Below are positions 37,731-52,702 of a stretch of DNA of 64,000 nt, one piece after another (position 1 is the first letter of the stretch; each line of letters begins with the position of its first letter). The translations under genes were made by a program, and so were the position numbers. The notes below the pieces were generated by a model. It had not been told where the DNA came from, made no database searches, and saw nothing but the letters and a program-made list of their open reading frames with translations. Source of the DNA: Proteromonas lacertae (lineage: Eukaryota); assembly GCA_002245135.1 (NCBI GenBank), contig NGBS01000017.1:1-64000 (forward strand), written 5' to 3'.

Positions 37731-40186
37731 ATGTCGTCATTCTCTATGTTTACATTTGATGGAATCGACCCATCGATGTCTAAACAAATAACTTCACCTA
37801 GCTATTCAACTCAGTTTATGGGTCATTCCTTAACATCGAAACCTCCAGAGAGTGTAAGAATTTATAACAAATATTTTAACCACGATGTTGTATGTTTTTT
37901 TTATTGTAATTGTAAATATAGTCAAGGAAACAGTTAGAAAATGTTTTAAGTAGTGTACCATCAACAGTATTACATTATATACTTCGAATAATGAATCATT
38001 TTATTTTGAATAGAAAAAACTGTCACAAATGAAAAACAACAATCTCTTTCAATCTCAATATTTCAGAAGTTTTCCAGGTTCAGAATCAAAAGAAAGAGAT
38101 GTAGATGATGATGAGCCAATCTCCGATTTAGACGAACCAGAGGATATAGCCAAAGAATGGCAAATTGCATCAACAAAACTAGAAAAAGGAGATAATAAAG
38201 AAGAATATGAAAGAGAAAGGAATATACAGAAATATATTGATGATTCACGAGTAACAATGAATCCAATTTCAGAGCAAGGAAGGGCAATCGATAGAGCAAT
38301 GAAATACAATCCTTATCCCGAAATAAAAAGTTCATTAACTCAACTATCTACAGGAATTGAATTAAAGCCAATAACAACCACTGAGAATGATATAATGAAT
38401 GCAGAAATGGAAGTAATGAAAGTAATTATTTTAAGAGAACAATTGCTGGAAAGGTTGAAATTATTATATGATACAACTGAAATCACATATTCAATGATAT
38501 TAAATCAACCTGAGAATAAACAATGTGGTGCTTGGCAAGATGCAATTCGATTTAGTCATAATGAATTTAGAGTATTGTTCAGTTCAATTCAAACCGCTTC
38601 AATGAAAGTAATAGAATCAATTAGAGTGTATATATAAATAATATTATTTTATTCATTAATATATATTTTTTATTTTATTTAGATGGAGAAGAAAATGGAA
38701 GAAATTTGATAAAACTCGACTAAGAGAAGATGAAATACACATTTATACATTAAAAGACAATACAGATTACATAATCAAAATGAGAAATGATTTAGATTTC
38801 ATAGATAATAGTATAATCTTACCTCTTTGGATAGGATTTCCATTAACTAACAATCCAATGTTATTAAAACCAGATTATGTACAATTCAGAGCAATTTGGG
38901 ATAAAACAAGAACAGAAGCTTTACAGAATTATAGAAATGAATATTTAGAAGAATATAAGAACCTTAATAATATTCCACAATCAACTGAATTTACTAAATT
39001 CCCATATCCTGATGATAGTAATCCATCAATTATATATCCAAAATGGCTGCCAGAGACAAGATTAGATATTGATTTTCCACCTCAAACATATCCAAATAAA
39101 CCAATTATTGATGGATTAAATCCATTTTTAGCTCATAAAGCAAGAGCTGATCAACAATATATATTAGATGAAGAACAGTTGGTAATAGATTATAATGATC
39201 ATTTGTCGAGAATCAATAGAAATGTTAGTACAAAACCTGATCCACTAGAGAAATATCTACCTATTTTAGTATATATATATATATTACTTTATTTTTTTTA
39301 TTTTTATAAATTAGAATAATGATACATATGATGCTTCATTTCCAGTCCCAACTCCACAATATAATTCAAGCACTTTAAAAGATAGACAAGAACAAGGTGT
39401 GTTTATTACTGAAATAGATACTATGTCATCCTCCTGCTCATCTTTACCTCCAATTGATAGAAGAAGCAACAATCAAACTCCAATAGTATTAGCTCCACAG
39501 AATAAGCCATGTGAAACACCCTTAAAAGTGAATTTAAAGAAATTGAGACAAAAGATAGCTGAGAGGAATAAGAAATATGCTAAAATTACTTCATTTAAGA
39601 TCAAAGGTAAGATGATGGGTTTTATATTGAAATCCTCTGTCACTGTATTGAGAGAAAAGCGAAGAGATGATAATATTATTTTAATTCAATCAGTTTATCG
39701 TGGATATAGAGTGAGAAGACAATATCAATTGAATAAAATAACACAAAGAAATTTATTACAAAATAATTCTTCAATTCCAATCGTATTAATATTTATTCAC
39801 TTATATATATATAGTTACATTTTGGCAGTGGTATTGTTGCTAATCCAGATGAAAATGAAATAGATGATGATGGTGAAGATTTATTAGAAGCAATAAAGAA
39901 AAATGAAATTCTATCAACTATTGATTCATTATCATGCTTAGAGAATATGATGCCTTTACCATCAGTACGTGAGGCGAAATTTAATGAGATTACTACTGTT
40001 GTACCTCCTCCTGATGGGTATGATGAGAAATTTTATGAAGTTGTGAAGGAAGGAGCGTTAGCTTTAGCATCTTCAGAGAAAATTAGGAGTAAATATCATA
40101 ATCATTGTAGTAAAAGAGATGAAGAGACAAAGAGAAATAATGACATTATGTTGAGAATTTATCAAGCATCATTAGATCCAGTGTAA
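37731..40186 (+). CDS. Multi-exon uncharacterised protein with an IQ motif
   Basis: Five co-oriented ORFs separated by short GT..AG introns; IQSVYRGYRVRR at about 39684. Confidence 0.65.
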
Positions 40187-40314
40187 ATTGTATTATGTTT
40201 TTATATTTATATCATAATATTCATTTATTTGTTTTATTTGTGAGAAATAATGAAAAAATAGAAATATAGTCGTTGATTTATTCGTTTTATTTTATTGATT
40301 ATTGATTTTTTGAT

Positions 40315-41131
40315 ATGCCAACGAGGATATGTGAGGATGGAATAACATATGTATTCTATCCATATCACGAACAAAAGTTTCCAATATATGATGATGGTTC
40401 AGTTGTAGTAACTTTTTCTTTTTGTTATAATATTCTATAGAATGATGAAAATTCTGCAGTAGTATTAGATTTATCCCCTTATGAAATATCATTCTTATCT
40501 GGAGCAAAAGTAGCTGAATTACCAGTAATGATTAGTGGAATATTTGGATAGTATATAATGCATGTTATATATATTTGTTAGTATTTATAAGAATATATTT
40601 TCCTTTAATTATAAGTTTATATCTACATTAATTGACAGATACACAAATCCAGATACAGATGTAAGACTAATATTTGGTGGTAGAAATATAATTGCTGTTC
40701 TATCAAGATTTTGGAAGAGATTGTCATGTATTGATAAATTCTATTATGTTTTTGAATCTATCATGTTTATGGTGTTCCCTGGCCTTATTGCTTTTAATGA
40801 TTTATCAACTGAACCATATTTGACTAATAGAATAGTTTATAATGTATTTTTAGAAGAACATATGGTTTATTTAATTTCATTACTGAAATCAAAAGAGATA
40901 ATGAATAATATTCAAACTGTACATGTATATACAAATGATTATATATATTATTCAATCCCTAATTTCTGGAAAAAGAAAATTAATATTAATGATGCAAGAA
41001 AAGTGTTAAATGTATATGACAAAAGTGCTTTGTATGATTATTTGTGCTACATGTTTATGTTGATTATATTTGTATTTTTATCATTCCTATATGTTGTTGT
41101 ATTGTATGGTAGTTACTTAAATGATTATTAA
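40315..41131 (+). CDS. Uncharacterised protein with C-terminal hydrophobic segment, weakly resembling the N-terminal half of the gene at 44522
   Basis: ORF 40562-41131 plus probable upstream exons. The motif TVHVY is shared with 44522-45723. 5' structure unresolved. Confidence 0.4.
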
Positions 41132-41183
41132 ATATAATTTGTGTTTATTTAGCAATTCCATAAAAACATAATTTGTAACAATC

Positions 41184-41215
<32 letters not shown>

Positions 41216-41238
41216 GCAGAAAGGAGTTGAACAAGTCA

Positions 41239-42194
41239 TCATTCCTCCATTAACGCTTTTCTCTTAGTAGAACATTCTTGACAGTAAAATATCACACAAT
41301 TAAGGGAAATATATATATTTATAATTAAAATAAAAGATATTTGATCAATAATACACTCTAATTGTTTAAAATAATCATTCAATTGTTGAGCATTTGTTTC
41401 TAAGTTCGTTGTATACTCATTTAAAGCATCAAAGTCCTTTTTAATTGCTAATATCTCCTCTTCATAATTCTTTATTCTTTCTTCATACTCAACATTTGAA
41501 GTGTTTGTTGGTTGAGATTGAGCTTGTATTTGTAACTGCAGTTGTTTAATTATTTCTTTACTTTCAGTTTTTTCTTTGTTCATTTGAGCTATTTTCATCT
41601 CATACTCCTTTCTTTGAGATTCTAATTGTTGAATCATCATCTCAAATTCATTTCCGTTTGAATTTCCAACTTGAATGCATATATCACTGAATGTGATATG
41701 GTTTATATTGACTGCTACGTATTTGGTAAACATATTTTCGACTAATTCTGTATTCTCTTTAATCTTTTGGACAAAACCTTCTCTTTCTTTGTCAATTTGG
41801 TTTTTTTCCTCCTAAAAGTGTAAGCAAATGAATATACAATGTATTTATGATTAGCTAATTCTCTTTCTTTGATTCTCATGCCAATTTCATCCTTTAAGTC
41901 ATTAATTTGAGTGTCTTTTAATTTATTTCTCTCGCTAATTGCTGCTATTTGTTCTGATTTCTTCATAATCTCTTGATTAAGTTCATTTAGCTCAGCTTTT
42001 GCTATCAGTCAATAGTATAATATAAACTACTTCTCTCTAATTCAGCTTTTGTGGAATTGTGTTGAGAAACTTCAGAATCATATTTCAACTCTTTCATTCT
42101 GCTAGCCTTCGATTGTTAGAAGATAAAATATAAGTACTTCTTCCAGTTTTGATATTTTTTGCAAGAGATTGTTGAGTTCATTGGTAGATATCAT
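41239..42194 (-). CDS. Coiled-coil protein, multi-exon
   Basis: ATG at 42194 (MISTNELNNLLQKISKLEE); E/K/Q-rich heptads; short introns. Confidence 0.65.
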
Positions 42195-42277
42195 GGTTTT
42201 AAAAATATTTTTGAAAAAGTGATCAAGCCAAGTATTTTCAAATTATTTTTGATAAATTTTGAACCAACTGACGAAGA

Positions 42278-44453
42278 ATGAATGAAAACTCAATAGAAGT
42301 ATAACATTTTATTTACAGTGTAGGAGACCAAGCCTGAAAACATTGCTTATCCAAATACACCAGCCGAGCATGATATAAATCCAAACCAAAATATTTCATC
42401 AGTTTTGAATGAATCACTAGATGAAAATAAACCAACTGAAATACCTTCATCCACTATTCCTGCTCCACCTAGTACAAATCCACTATCTGAAGCTACGCCT
42501 ACACCAATAGGTGAAACACCGAATTCAGAAGTAACTCCAATTACTACACCAGCAATAGAGAAAAAAGAAGACAATATAGAAGAGTGTGTCACTAAAGAGG
42601 ATTCAACTGAATCAACTGAACCAAAAGAAGTAGAAAATGAAGATAGAAACGTTGTAAAAGAGGAACTAAAAGAAGAATCACCGGTCAATCAAGATATTTT
42701 AAAAAATGAAGAATTGCCCACAAAAGAAGAACCGTCATCACCACAGATATCAGAATTAGAAATAAAAAGACAGTTACAACTAAAGCAACAAAGATCCTGC
42801 CGATTGGCAATGAACGGAATTAATCAGAATATGATACAAACATTAAACAAAGCCTCAGAAATATATAAAGAGAATGAAAATCATTCATTGATCAATATCA
42901 ACGAAGCAGTTGAAGAAGCAGTAGAAAAATGTGAAAGAGAAAAAGATATAGAAATGAAAGAAGAAATAAAAAAAACACGAAGTCAATATACAGAAGAAAT
43001 AGAAGAAATGAAATACGATCATAAACAAATAGTTAACGAATTAAACCACAAAATCTCTGAATTAAAAAAAGAATCTAAAGAAAATGATAAAAGAGCCAAT
43101 CATTTTGAAGAATTATACCTGCAGGAAAGAGAAAAAAGAAAGAAAATAGAAATTGAAGTAATGGATTTAAAAGGCAATATACGTGTATTTTGTAGAGTCC
43201 GACTTTTATTAAAAGTAGAAATAGAGAATGGCGATACAATAAACACATGCACCTATCCATTAGAAGGTGATATTTGTGTAAAAAAATCTGCTGATTTTGG
43301 ACCAGATACTTTTGAATTTGATTATGTTTTTCAACCTTCATCTACTCAAGAAGATGTATATAAACAAGTACATCCATTTGTTAAGAGAATATTAGATGGT
43401 TATAACTTGTGTATATTCGCCTATGGACAAACAGGAAGTGGTAAAACTTACACAATGAGTGGTGAGAATGAGAATAAAGGAGTTAATTATAGAGCTATTG
43501 AAGATATATTTCATATAACTAATAAACATAGTGATGAATATGAATGGGAATATGAAGTGAGTGTTTTAGAAGTATATAATGAAAATATAGTTGACTTATT
43601 AAGTGATGAAAAATCAATAAAATCATTGGATATTCATTTAAATGAATATCAAAAACCATATGTTGATGGCTTGATTAAGGTTTGTGTTAATAGTTATGAT
43701 GAAGTTGTTAAACTGTTAGATAAAGCGAATAAAAATCGTTTTACTGCATCTCATAACCTTAACGAACATTCATCTCGTTCGCATTTAATATTGACTTTAT
43801 ATTTATATGGAAATAATAGTAATACTAACCAGTCTTTGAATTTAAAAATCAATTTGATTGATTTGGCTGGAAGTGAAAGAGTAAGTAAAACAGAAGCTGT
43901 TGGAGAGAGATTAAAGGAAGCTCAAAATATAAATAAATCACTTTCTGCACTAGGAGATGTAATATTCTCATTAGATAAAAAGAAAAGTCATATTCCATAC
44001 AGGAATAGTAAATTGACATATGTATTGCAAGATAGTTTAAGTGGTAATTCTAAAGTGTTGATGTTTGTTAATATTAGTCCAGCTCATTGGAATGTGAGCG
44101 AGACACTGAGTAGTTTGAATTTTGCTCAACATTGTAGGAAATGTGAATTAGGAAATACACCATCGATGATTAGAAATGAAGGTGATAATAATACATCTAA
44201 TCCATTAACACCTGTTACACCTGCTACTCATAGAGTAAGTGGGGTTAAATCTGCTCCAACTGCTCCTCCTTCTGCTGGTGCTTCGAATAATAGTAGTATA
44301 AGAAGACCATCGAGGACTAATGTAAATAAGAAAATTATTCCAAAGACTACAACTCCTAGACCAAATGGCTTAACTGCTGGTAAAAGAAATTCAAAACTTG
44401 CTACAACTACTCCTAAAAATGATGAAGATTATGATAATGATGAATTATTATAA
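42278..44453 (+). CDS. Kinesin-14 (KIFC3/Kar3-like)
   Basis: Neck LKGNIRVFCRVR, P-loop GQTGSGKT, NEHSSRSH, DLAGSER and HIPYRNSKLT; coiled coil precedes the motor domain. Confidence 0.93.
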
Positions 44454-44521
44454 ATATATAACTTCATTGTTTGTTTTAATAATTTTTGTGATTTTAGCCG
44501 TTTCATTAGTTTGGCTTGTGA

Positions 44522-45723
44522 ATGATTTTCATTTTTTTTTCTTTCTTCTCTATTTAACAATATGCAAATGCAGTACATTTATATTTGATGATAATTTAGT
44601 CAAAGAAACAGGAAATTACTGGTTTACAGCTCATAATATTTGTATTTACAATTTTAACTCAAGAATAACCTATATGTATATCTATTTAAAGAATGAATAT
44701 GATCTTAAAGAATTACAATACAAATTATTTGATTATTATTATACATACAATCTGATACCTATTGTAGTTTTTGAAGAAGAAGGTAATGTATATGATGATG
44801 AAGAAATATGGATTAGTTCATCTTGGATAAGTTATAACATATGCCATTTTCTGGATAATATGTTTCTTTATAATATTCAAAATGATGATAGAAATCCTCC
44901 AATGAATCATTTGATTATGGCTGATTTTAATCCTCAGACAGCAATTCCTTATAATAATATGATGTTAAAAATGATGATCAATAATTATAATAAACCATTT
45001 AAAACCACATTTCAATCAGATTTATCAAAATTATTAAGAAAATCGAAAAAATATAAATTATGTTATAAAACTGTTCATGTTTATATTCGAAGTGTAAATC
45101 GAGGTTTTCCAGCAGTATTTCGTAATTATATAAAAGGAAAACAATATCGCGATGATGGATACAGATATTTAAAAATTAATTCAAAAGAGAAAAGGCTTAA
45201 TGAAAAGAATGATATATTTATAACAATAATATATAGAAGAATGAAAGAAAGACCAAGAAATATAACAAACATAAAATTAATAAAATCAATGATAAAATGT
45301 TTGGGATATAATTATATTGAAATTAATTTTGAAAATAAAACTCCATTTGAGCAAATCAAATCAATAATGAATAGTAGAATAATCATTACTCCTATAGCTT
45401 CAGGAACAATTAATATAATCTGGTTATTATCATCAAAATGTGTAATAATTGATTGCATGTCAACTTATATAATGATGGATTTTTCATATTTCAGTTATTC
45501 TTTGAATTATAAGTATATTCCATTATTTTCTTTATTTCACCATATAAATCCAACTACATTTGACGAAGGTTATTCTGAGAAATTGAAATTTGAAAAACAT
45601 CCATCAAGTGTGTTTTCTGTTCATATATTTGGATATTATCCATTATATAAAACTAGCGGTAATAATATGACAATATCGCTTAAACAAATAGGATTTAGTT
45701 TAAGATATAGTTTAAATACTTAA
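44522..45723 (+). CDS. Glycosyltransferase family 61 (DUF563)-like protein, divergent
   Basis: R..RNITN...L...G....INFE......QI......IIITP.ASG..NIIWL pattern. The likely ATG at 44522 needs one extra T in the T-run to give a signal peptide. Confidence 0.55.
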
Positions 45724-45864
45724 TGAGTTAGTGTTAATCTAATTTAATATAATGTGAATATGCATTTTGAAAATGATTTTTTATCTTTCTTTTCAAAAAC
45801 TAAGTTTGATTAGGCTTGATCAAAATAGAATAACACAAAAATTACAGATTTTCTTTTTTCAATT

Positions 45865-46784
45865 ATGCCTTGTATGATGTGTTAATTTTTAATTTCATAG
45901 TATCAAAAAATATATCAGCACTAGCTTCAATTGGTGGTGGTATTGTTGTTATAGGAGCAGGTTAGTACTTTTATAAGTTTTACTGTTAGTTATATAAATC
46001 GCCTAATAAAAGAAGATAAGTATGATTCATTAGTTCTTGAAGCATATCCACTTTTTGAAAATGTATAAACACTTATTTTCATGTAACATTATTGAACTAG
46101 AAGCAATATACTGAAGTTATTCCATTATTAAAATCTGCGTTGAACTATGCATATACAAAAGAACAAAAAAATATAGCAAATTATACTCTTTGTCTATGTA
46201 ATTTTGAACTTGTATTGAATAACATTTTAAAAATGAAAAATAGGGTGAATATAAAGAAGCAATTCCATTCTGTAAATCTGCACTGAATTATTCTTCAAAT
46301 AATGAAGAAGAAATTTATTTAAATTATTATACAGGAATGTTATTTTGAAATGGTATAGATTATAATTATGTAATAATGAATAGAAAGAATATAAAAAAGC
46401 AATTTTATTTTATAATACTGCTTTAGAATATTCACCACCAGATGATGTAAAATGCATTTGTTATCACTCTTTAGGAGAATGTTTTGATGAAACAGTATAT
46501 AATTATAATGGTATAATGATGAATAGAAAAAATATAAAGAAGCAATTCAATACTATAATACTGCATTGAAATATGCTTCAACAGATGAAGAAAAGTATGA
46601 ATTATATAATGATATAGGAGGATGTTATTTTGAAATGGTATAAATGATAAAGTATAATGATGAATAGGAAGATTATGAAAAAGCAATTCCATTTGTAAAT
46701 GCTGCTTTAGAATATTGTAATACAAATGAATGTAGAAATGAAATGATCCATAACATAGAGTTGTATAAATCAAAAATGATGTAA
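45865..46784 (+). CDS. N-terminally anchored TPR-repeat protein, paralog 1
   Basis: Exons of about 110 nt each encode Y.EAIP....AL.YS......(Y/L)G.CY. Hydrophobic N-terminus ALASIGGGIVVIGAG. High nucleotide similarity to 51395-52650. Confidence 0.7.
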
Positions 46785-47410
46785 ATAATCAAAATAACCC
46801 ATGTTTATACTTAATCTACATTATTTGAATGACTTAATTGATTTAATAGTGTTTTAAATGATCCACTTTCTACAAATAATGTAATAATTATGATGCCGTA
46901 TGAGTTGAGTTGATCTTGTCATTACTGACTACTTCTTTCAAAGTATTTAAATCGTAATAATTTTAAACCTTATCTCTTACTCTTGATGTTAATGAAAGTA
47001 GATATTTTATTATAGCAAAATATTGTTATATATCATTTATATGAGTTATTATAAATGTAATATATTGTGACTAGAAGTAAATATAAATATTATTAATTAG
47101 GTATAAGATGGGATAAAAAATGAGTGAAAATAATTAAATACAATTACAATATATCAATAAAATAGTTTAATTGAAAAATAATATATATATTTGTTATTTT
47201 TATAGTAGGGCAGGAGTATAATTTGGTATATTGATATATATTGCTTAGTGAATGATTATTTTTACTATTTATTACAAAATAACTAAAAAAGATAACAAAA
47301 TAATAATAGGGTAAAAAGTAGAAAAGTTTATAAAAATAAAAATAAATCCCAAATAAGTATTAAAAAAACAAAATTTAACAAATCATTTATTATTATATAA
47401 TCGCATTCAA

Positions 47411-49852
47411 TTATTTATCTCCATCTATCACTGTAACAACACCATTTGAAATATTCGCTGTTTCTTTCTTACTCTTTGGTTCAAGTAATCTAATCTTCAC
47501 AGTTTCACCTTCTTTCACTTTACCTTCAATTAATGACATTGATAATGGATCAAGTATATACTGTTCTATTGCTCTTTTTAATGGTCTTGCTCCATAAGCT
47601 GGTGAGTATGCATGAGCAGCTAACCAATCAATACATGGTTTAGATATATCTAATATCATATTCTTTTCTTTCAATAAATTACGAATCTATTCATAATTAA
47701 TAATATATAAATATATATATACTTCATTCAATTGAATATCAATAATTCCAGATATTGATTCTTTAGATAATGATCTAAATACAATCAAATCATCAATTCT
47801 ATTGATAAACTCGGGTTGGAAATAATTTCTTACTATATTTAACACTCTATTCTTACTCTCTTCATAATTATCTGTATATTCATTACTTCCTAGATTACTA
47901 GTCATTATAATAATTGTATTTCTAAAATCAATTAAGTGCCCTTGACTGTCTGTTAATCTTCCTTCATCAAATACTTGTAATAATAAATTGGAAATATCTC
48001 TGTGAGCTTTTTCAAATTCATCGAAAAGTACTACTTGATAAGGTCTTCTTCTTACAGCTTCTGTTAGTGTTCCACCATCTTCAAAACCTACATAACCTGG
48101 TGGAGCTCCTATTAATCGACTAACTGAGAACTTTTCCATATATTCTGACATATCAATTCTTGTCATTGCTGATTCTGTATTGAATAAACTGTGAGTTAAA
48201 GCCTATATATATATATAATAACATATTAAAAATATGATACTTTTGCTAATTCAGTCTTACCAACTCCAGTTGGTCCTAAAAACATAAATACACCAAGTGG
48301 TCTATTATGAACTCTCAAGCCGGCTCGACTAATTCTAATACATTGTGAAATAGCTTTAATAGCTTCATTTTGACCAACTACTCTACTTGCTAATTCTTTA
48401 TCTAATGATAATAAATGTGTTTTTTCACCTGTTAATAATGAATTAATTGGAATTCCTGTAGTTCTACTTACAACTTCTGCTACATCTTGATCTGTTACTC
48501 TTTCAGCTAACATTACTAATTTATCTTCTCTTTTATTCATTTTTTCTAATTCTTCAGTAAGTCTTGGTATATCTCCATATTTTAATTGACTAGCTTTGTT
48601 TAAATCTCCATTTCTTTGACTATTTTCTAATTCTATTTTTGCTTTTTCTAGTTTCTCTTTTGTTTGTTTTAATTGACTCAATTTCTTCTTTTCTTCTCTC
48701 CATTTTCCCATCATTTCTTCCAATTCTTTCGATTCATTTTTCACTTCTTCCTCTAATTCATTTCTTCTTTCTACAGATTCTTTATCAGTCTCTTTTTTCA
48801 ATGCTTCTATCTCAATTCTTTTCGTTATAATTTTTCTATCCAAAGATTCTATTCTATCAGGTTTACTATCTTGCTGTAATCTCAACCGACTAGCAGCTTC
48901 ATCAATCAAATCGATCGCTTTATCAGGCATCTTTCTCTCAGTCATATATCTATCAGCTAATCTTGCTGCAGCTACTAATGCATTATCACTGATTTGAACT
49001 CCATGATGTAATTCATATTTCTCTTTTAAACCTCTCAATATTGCTACTGTGTTTTCTAGATTTGGCTCTCTCACTAATATTGATTGGAATCTTCGTGCTA
49101 AGGCAGAATCTCCTTCTATATATTTACGATATTCATCAATGGTTGTTGCACCAATACAACTAAATTCTCCTCTTGCTAACTCCGGTTTTAACATATTTGA
49201 TGCATCTAATGAACCACCCACAGCACCAGCACCAATCAATGTGTGTAATTCGTCTATAAATAAGATTGTCTTACCTGCATTCGATTGGATTTCTTTTAGT
49301 AGTTTTTTTAATCTTTTTTCAAATTCACCACGATATTGTGTTCCAGCAATTAAAGCACCTAAATCTAATGATAATATCTTTTTATCTTTCATATATTCTG
49401 GTACTTCTCCTGAAATGATTCTTTGCGCAATTGCTTCTACAATTACAGTCTTACCAACACCTGGATCACCGATTAGAACTGGATTGTTTTTAGTTCTTCT
49501 ACAAAGAATTTGAATGGCTCTTCGTATTTCTTCATCTCTTCCAATGACTGGATCTAATTTATTATCTTTTGCTTTCTGTGTAAGATCTTGACAATATTGT
49601 TGAAGAGCAGGTATTTCTTGTTGCTCTTGTCCAATTCTACCGATTGGGACACCTTGTTGGAATTTTGGAATAGTAGTGTGGTAAAGTGCAATTGAATTCA
49701 TCATCATTACATTTAATCTTGGAATCATTCTATTAACAGGTAATGCATTTCTTGATAAAGCGAATATTGATCTTTGAGCGATTCTATAGATTAATATATA
49801 ACCATTTTAGCAATTTATACTTATTGGATTTACTAAATACTCTAGAGAACAT
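47411..49852 (-). CDS. HSP78: Mitochondrial-type ClpB/Hsp78 disaggregase
   Basis: Two AAA+ domains ([16 protein letters not shown]), middle coiled coil, RIDMSEY and GARPLKR. No Clp-N domain. Arg/Ser-rich leader [10 protein letters not shown]...RSIFALSR. Confidence 0.9.
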
Positions 49853-50014
49853 CTTAATATAGAAAAAGAAGTAAAGAATACAATAGAATTTTCTATACAA
49901 CAAATACACTGTATTTCTAATCTTTCCAAAAAATATATTCAGTACGAGCTTTTTAATTCATGTTTGATTATCGATTGATGTGTTAATAAAGCATTTAGCA
50001 GAAATAAAAGAGTA

Positions 50015-51346
50015 ATGGGAAAATCCAGAATAAGTACATTTACAAAAACAATATATAATGTAATAGAAAATAAAGAATACTCATCAAACAAAGGGATAAA
50101 AATACTAGAAGCTATTAGAGCATCCCCAATTGACGTGAATACTCTGCGAGAACTAGCTTTATCTCCAGGTGGATTGATTAATGAAGATTATAGAAGGTTA
50201 GTATGGCCTAAATTGTTAGGAATATCTAATGAAACTGCTGAAAATCCAAAAGGTATTATGTATATGTAATATAAAAACACAGATTATATAAAAAATCACG
50301 AAGATACATCACAGATAGCTGTAGATGTAGCCAGATCAATATATAACTACAATATAAGTTATTCAATGAAATTAAACAAAATAAATGAATTAAGAAGGAA
50401 TCTTAATGACATTCTACTAGGTTTAGTATGTTGTAATAGTAATGTTAATTATTATCAAGTATAAACCATATTTATATTATTAATAAATAGGGAATGCATG
50501 ATATAGTGAGTGTTTTATTGATTGTAAGTGGTACAAAAGTGAGTTTTAGTATGATTAAACAACTAGTCAATACATATTTTATATATCTTTTTTTTTTATT
50601 ATTAATTTTAATGAATTTAAATATTTCTTTAACTTATATGTTTTTTAATGATTTTTCTTCTACAAAATCATTGAATTTTGACTGTTTAGAAATTATATAT
50701 ATTATTATACATCATTATTCTCCAGATTTATATTTTTTTCTAAAATCAATAATGGATATTCCATTATTTTGTATTTCATGGGTAATAACTTGGTTTTCTC
50801 ATGATATTTATAAATTTGAATGTGTTGAAAGACTTTTTGATTTGTTTTTAAGTTGTCATCCATTTATGATTTTTTATTTTATATCAACAGTATATTTATA
50901 ATAAATATAATAATATTTAAAAATAATAGTATATTATATCTGTGAAAGATGAATTAATGAATAAAGAAAACTCAATGGCTTATCTTCATTCTATTTTTAA
51001 AAAGCCAAAATGTCTCAATAGTATTTATATAGTGGAAAATCTAATAACAGAAACAGTAAATAATTTTAACAATTACTTACCAGTTGAAATATTTTCTTTA
51101 AATCCATCTCTAAAATCACTGAGTATATTTTATTTATATAATTCATTAGAAATGATTACCAAATATCCATTCAGTTATATGGCTGAAGATGTTTATGCAG
51201 ATAAGAATAAGAAGTATGGAAGAAATAATAACAACCCTCCTCCTCTAAAAGAAGAAGAAAAGAGTGTAATTGAGAAAATGAACAGTTTTATTACAGGTAC
51301 AACCATCGTTGTATCACTCCTGATTGGATATTTTTCTACTCATTAA
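50015..51346 (+). CDS. Rab-GAP TBC-domain protein (TBC1D20/Gyp8-like), C-terminal transmembrane segment
   Basis: GGL.NE..RR.VWPKLL, QI.VDV.RS, spliced YYQ|GMHDI and SWVITWFSHD. Confidence 0.85.
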
Positions 51347-51453
51347 TTATATTTAATGGCATCTTTTATTTTTATTTGTTTTTATTAACTTGACTTGATT
51401 AGGCTTGATCAAAATAGAATAGCACAAAAATTACAGATTTTCTTTTTCCAATT

Positions 51454-52643
51454 ATGCCTTGTATGATGTGTTAATTTTTAATTTCATGGTATCAAAAAAT
51501 ATATTAGCACTAGCTTCAATTGGTGGTGGTATTGTTGTTATAGGAGCAGGTTAGTATTTTTATAAGTTTTACTGTTAGTTATATAAATTGTAAAAGAAAA
51601 GATAAATACTTTTCATTTTATCGAAAAGGAGTGTCTTTATGTGATAAAGTATAAATACTCATAATCTTGTTAAATTGTTGAACTAGAAGCAATATACTGA
51701 AGCAATTCCATTATTTAAATCCGCTTTGAACTATGCATATACAAAAGAAGAAAAATATTATGCAAATGGTTTTATTGGTGATTGTTTACATCAAACTGAT
51801 AAATACAAAGAAGCTGTACCATACTTTTTAAAAGCTTTAGATTATTCCTCAACTGATAAAGAAAAATATGCTGCAAATCATATTCTTTGTCAATGTAATT
51901 ATATACTTGTATTGAATAACATTTTAAAAATGAAAAATAGGGTGAATGTAAAGAAGCAATTCCATTCTGTAAATCTGCACTGAATTATTCTTCAAATAAT
52001 GAAGAAGAAATTTATTTAAATTATTATACAGGAATGTGTTATTTTGAAATGGTATTGATTATAATTATGTAATAATGAATAGAAAGCTTATGAAAAAGCA
52101 ATTCCATTTTATAAAACTGCTTTAGAATATTCACCACCAGATAATATAAAAAATGTAATAAATGTTAGTTTAGGTTGTTGTTATTGTAGTATTGTATTAT
52201 ATATATATAAATATTATACTCAATTAAATGTATATAATAGAAAGAATGTGAAAAAGCAATTCCATTTGTAAATGCTGCTATGGAATATTCACCAAAAGAT
52301 TATGTTAAATGTATTTGTTATAACTCATTAGGAGAATGTTTTGATAAAACAGTATTTACTATTGTAATGGTATAATGATGAATAGGAAAAATATAAAGAA
52401 GCAATTCAAAACTATAATACTGCATTGAAATATGCTTCAACAGATGAAGAAAAGTATGAATTATATAATGATATAGGAGGATGTTATATTGAAATGGTAT
52501 AAATGATAAAGTATAATGATGAATAGGAAGATTATGAAAAAGCATTATCATTACTTGAATCTGCTTCAAAATATTGTAATACAAATGAATGTAGAAATGA
52601 AATAATCCATAACATAGATTTGTGTAAATCAAAAATGATGTAA
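51454..52643 (+). CDS. N-terminally anchored TPR-repeat protein, paralog 2 (extra repeat units)
   Basis: Same leader, intron positions and C-terminus (…KSKMM*) as 45865-46784, with additional TPR segments. Confidence 0.7.
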
Positions 52644-52702
52644 ATAATAATTACCAATAATTAATATAAATTGAATTATAATGATTTCTTTTTTTTTCAA
52701 TT

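Noticed and set aside
44398..44521. Overlap of the GT61-like ORF with the kinesin 3' end
   Set aside because: Probably a chance upstream extension; an ATG at 44522 plus one T in the T-run gives a normal signal peptide.
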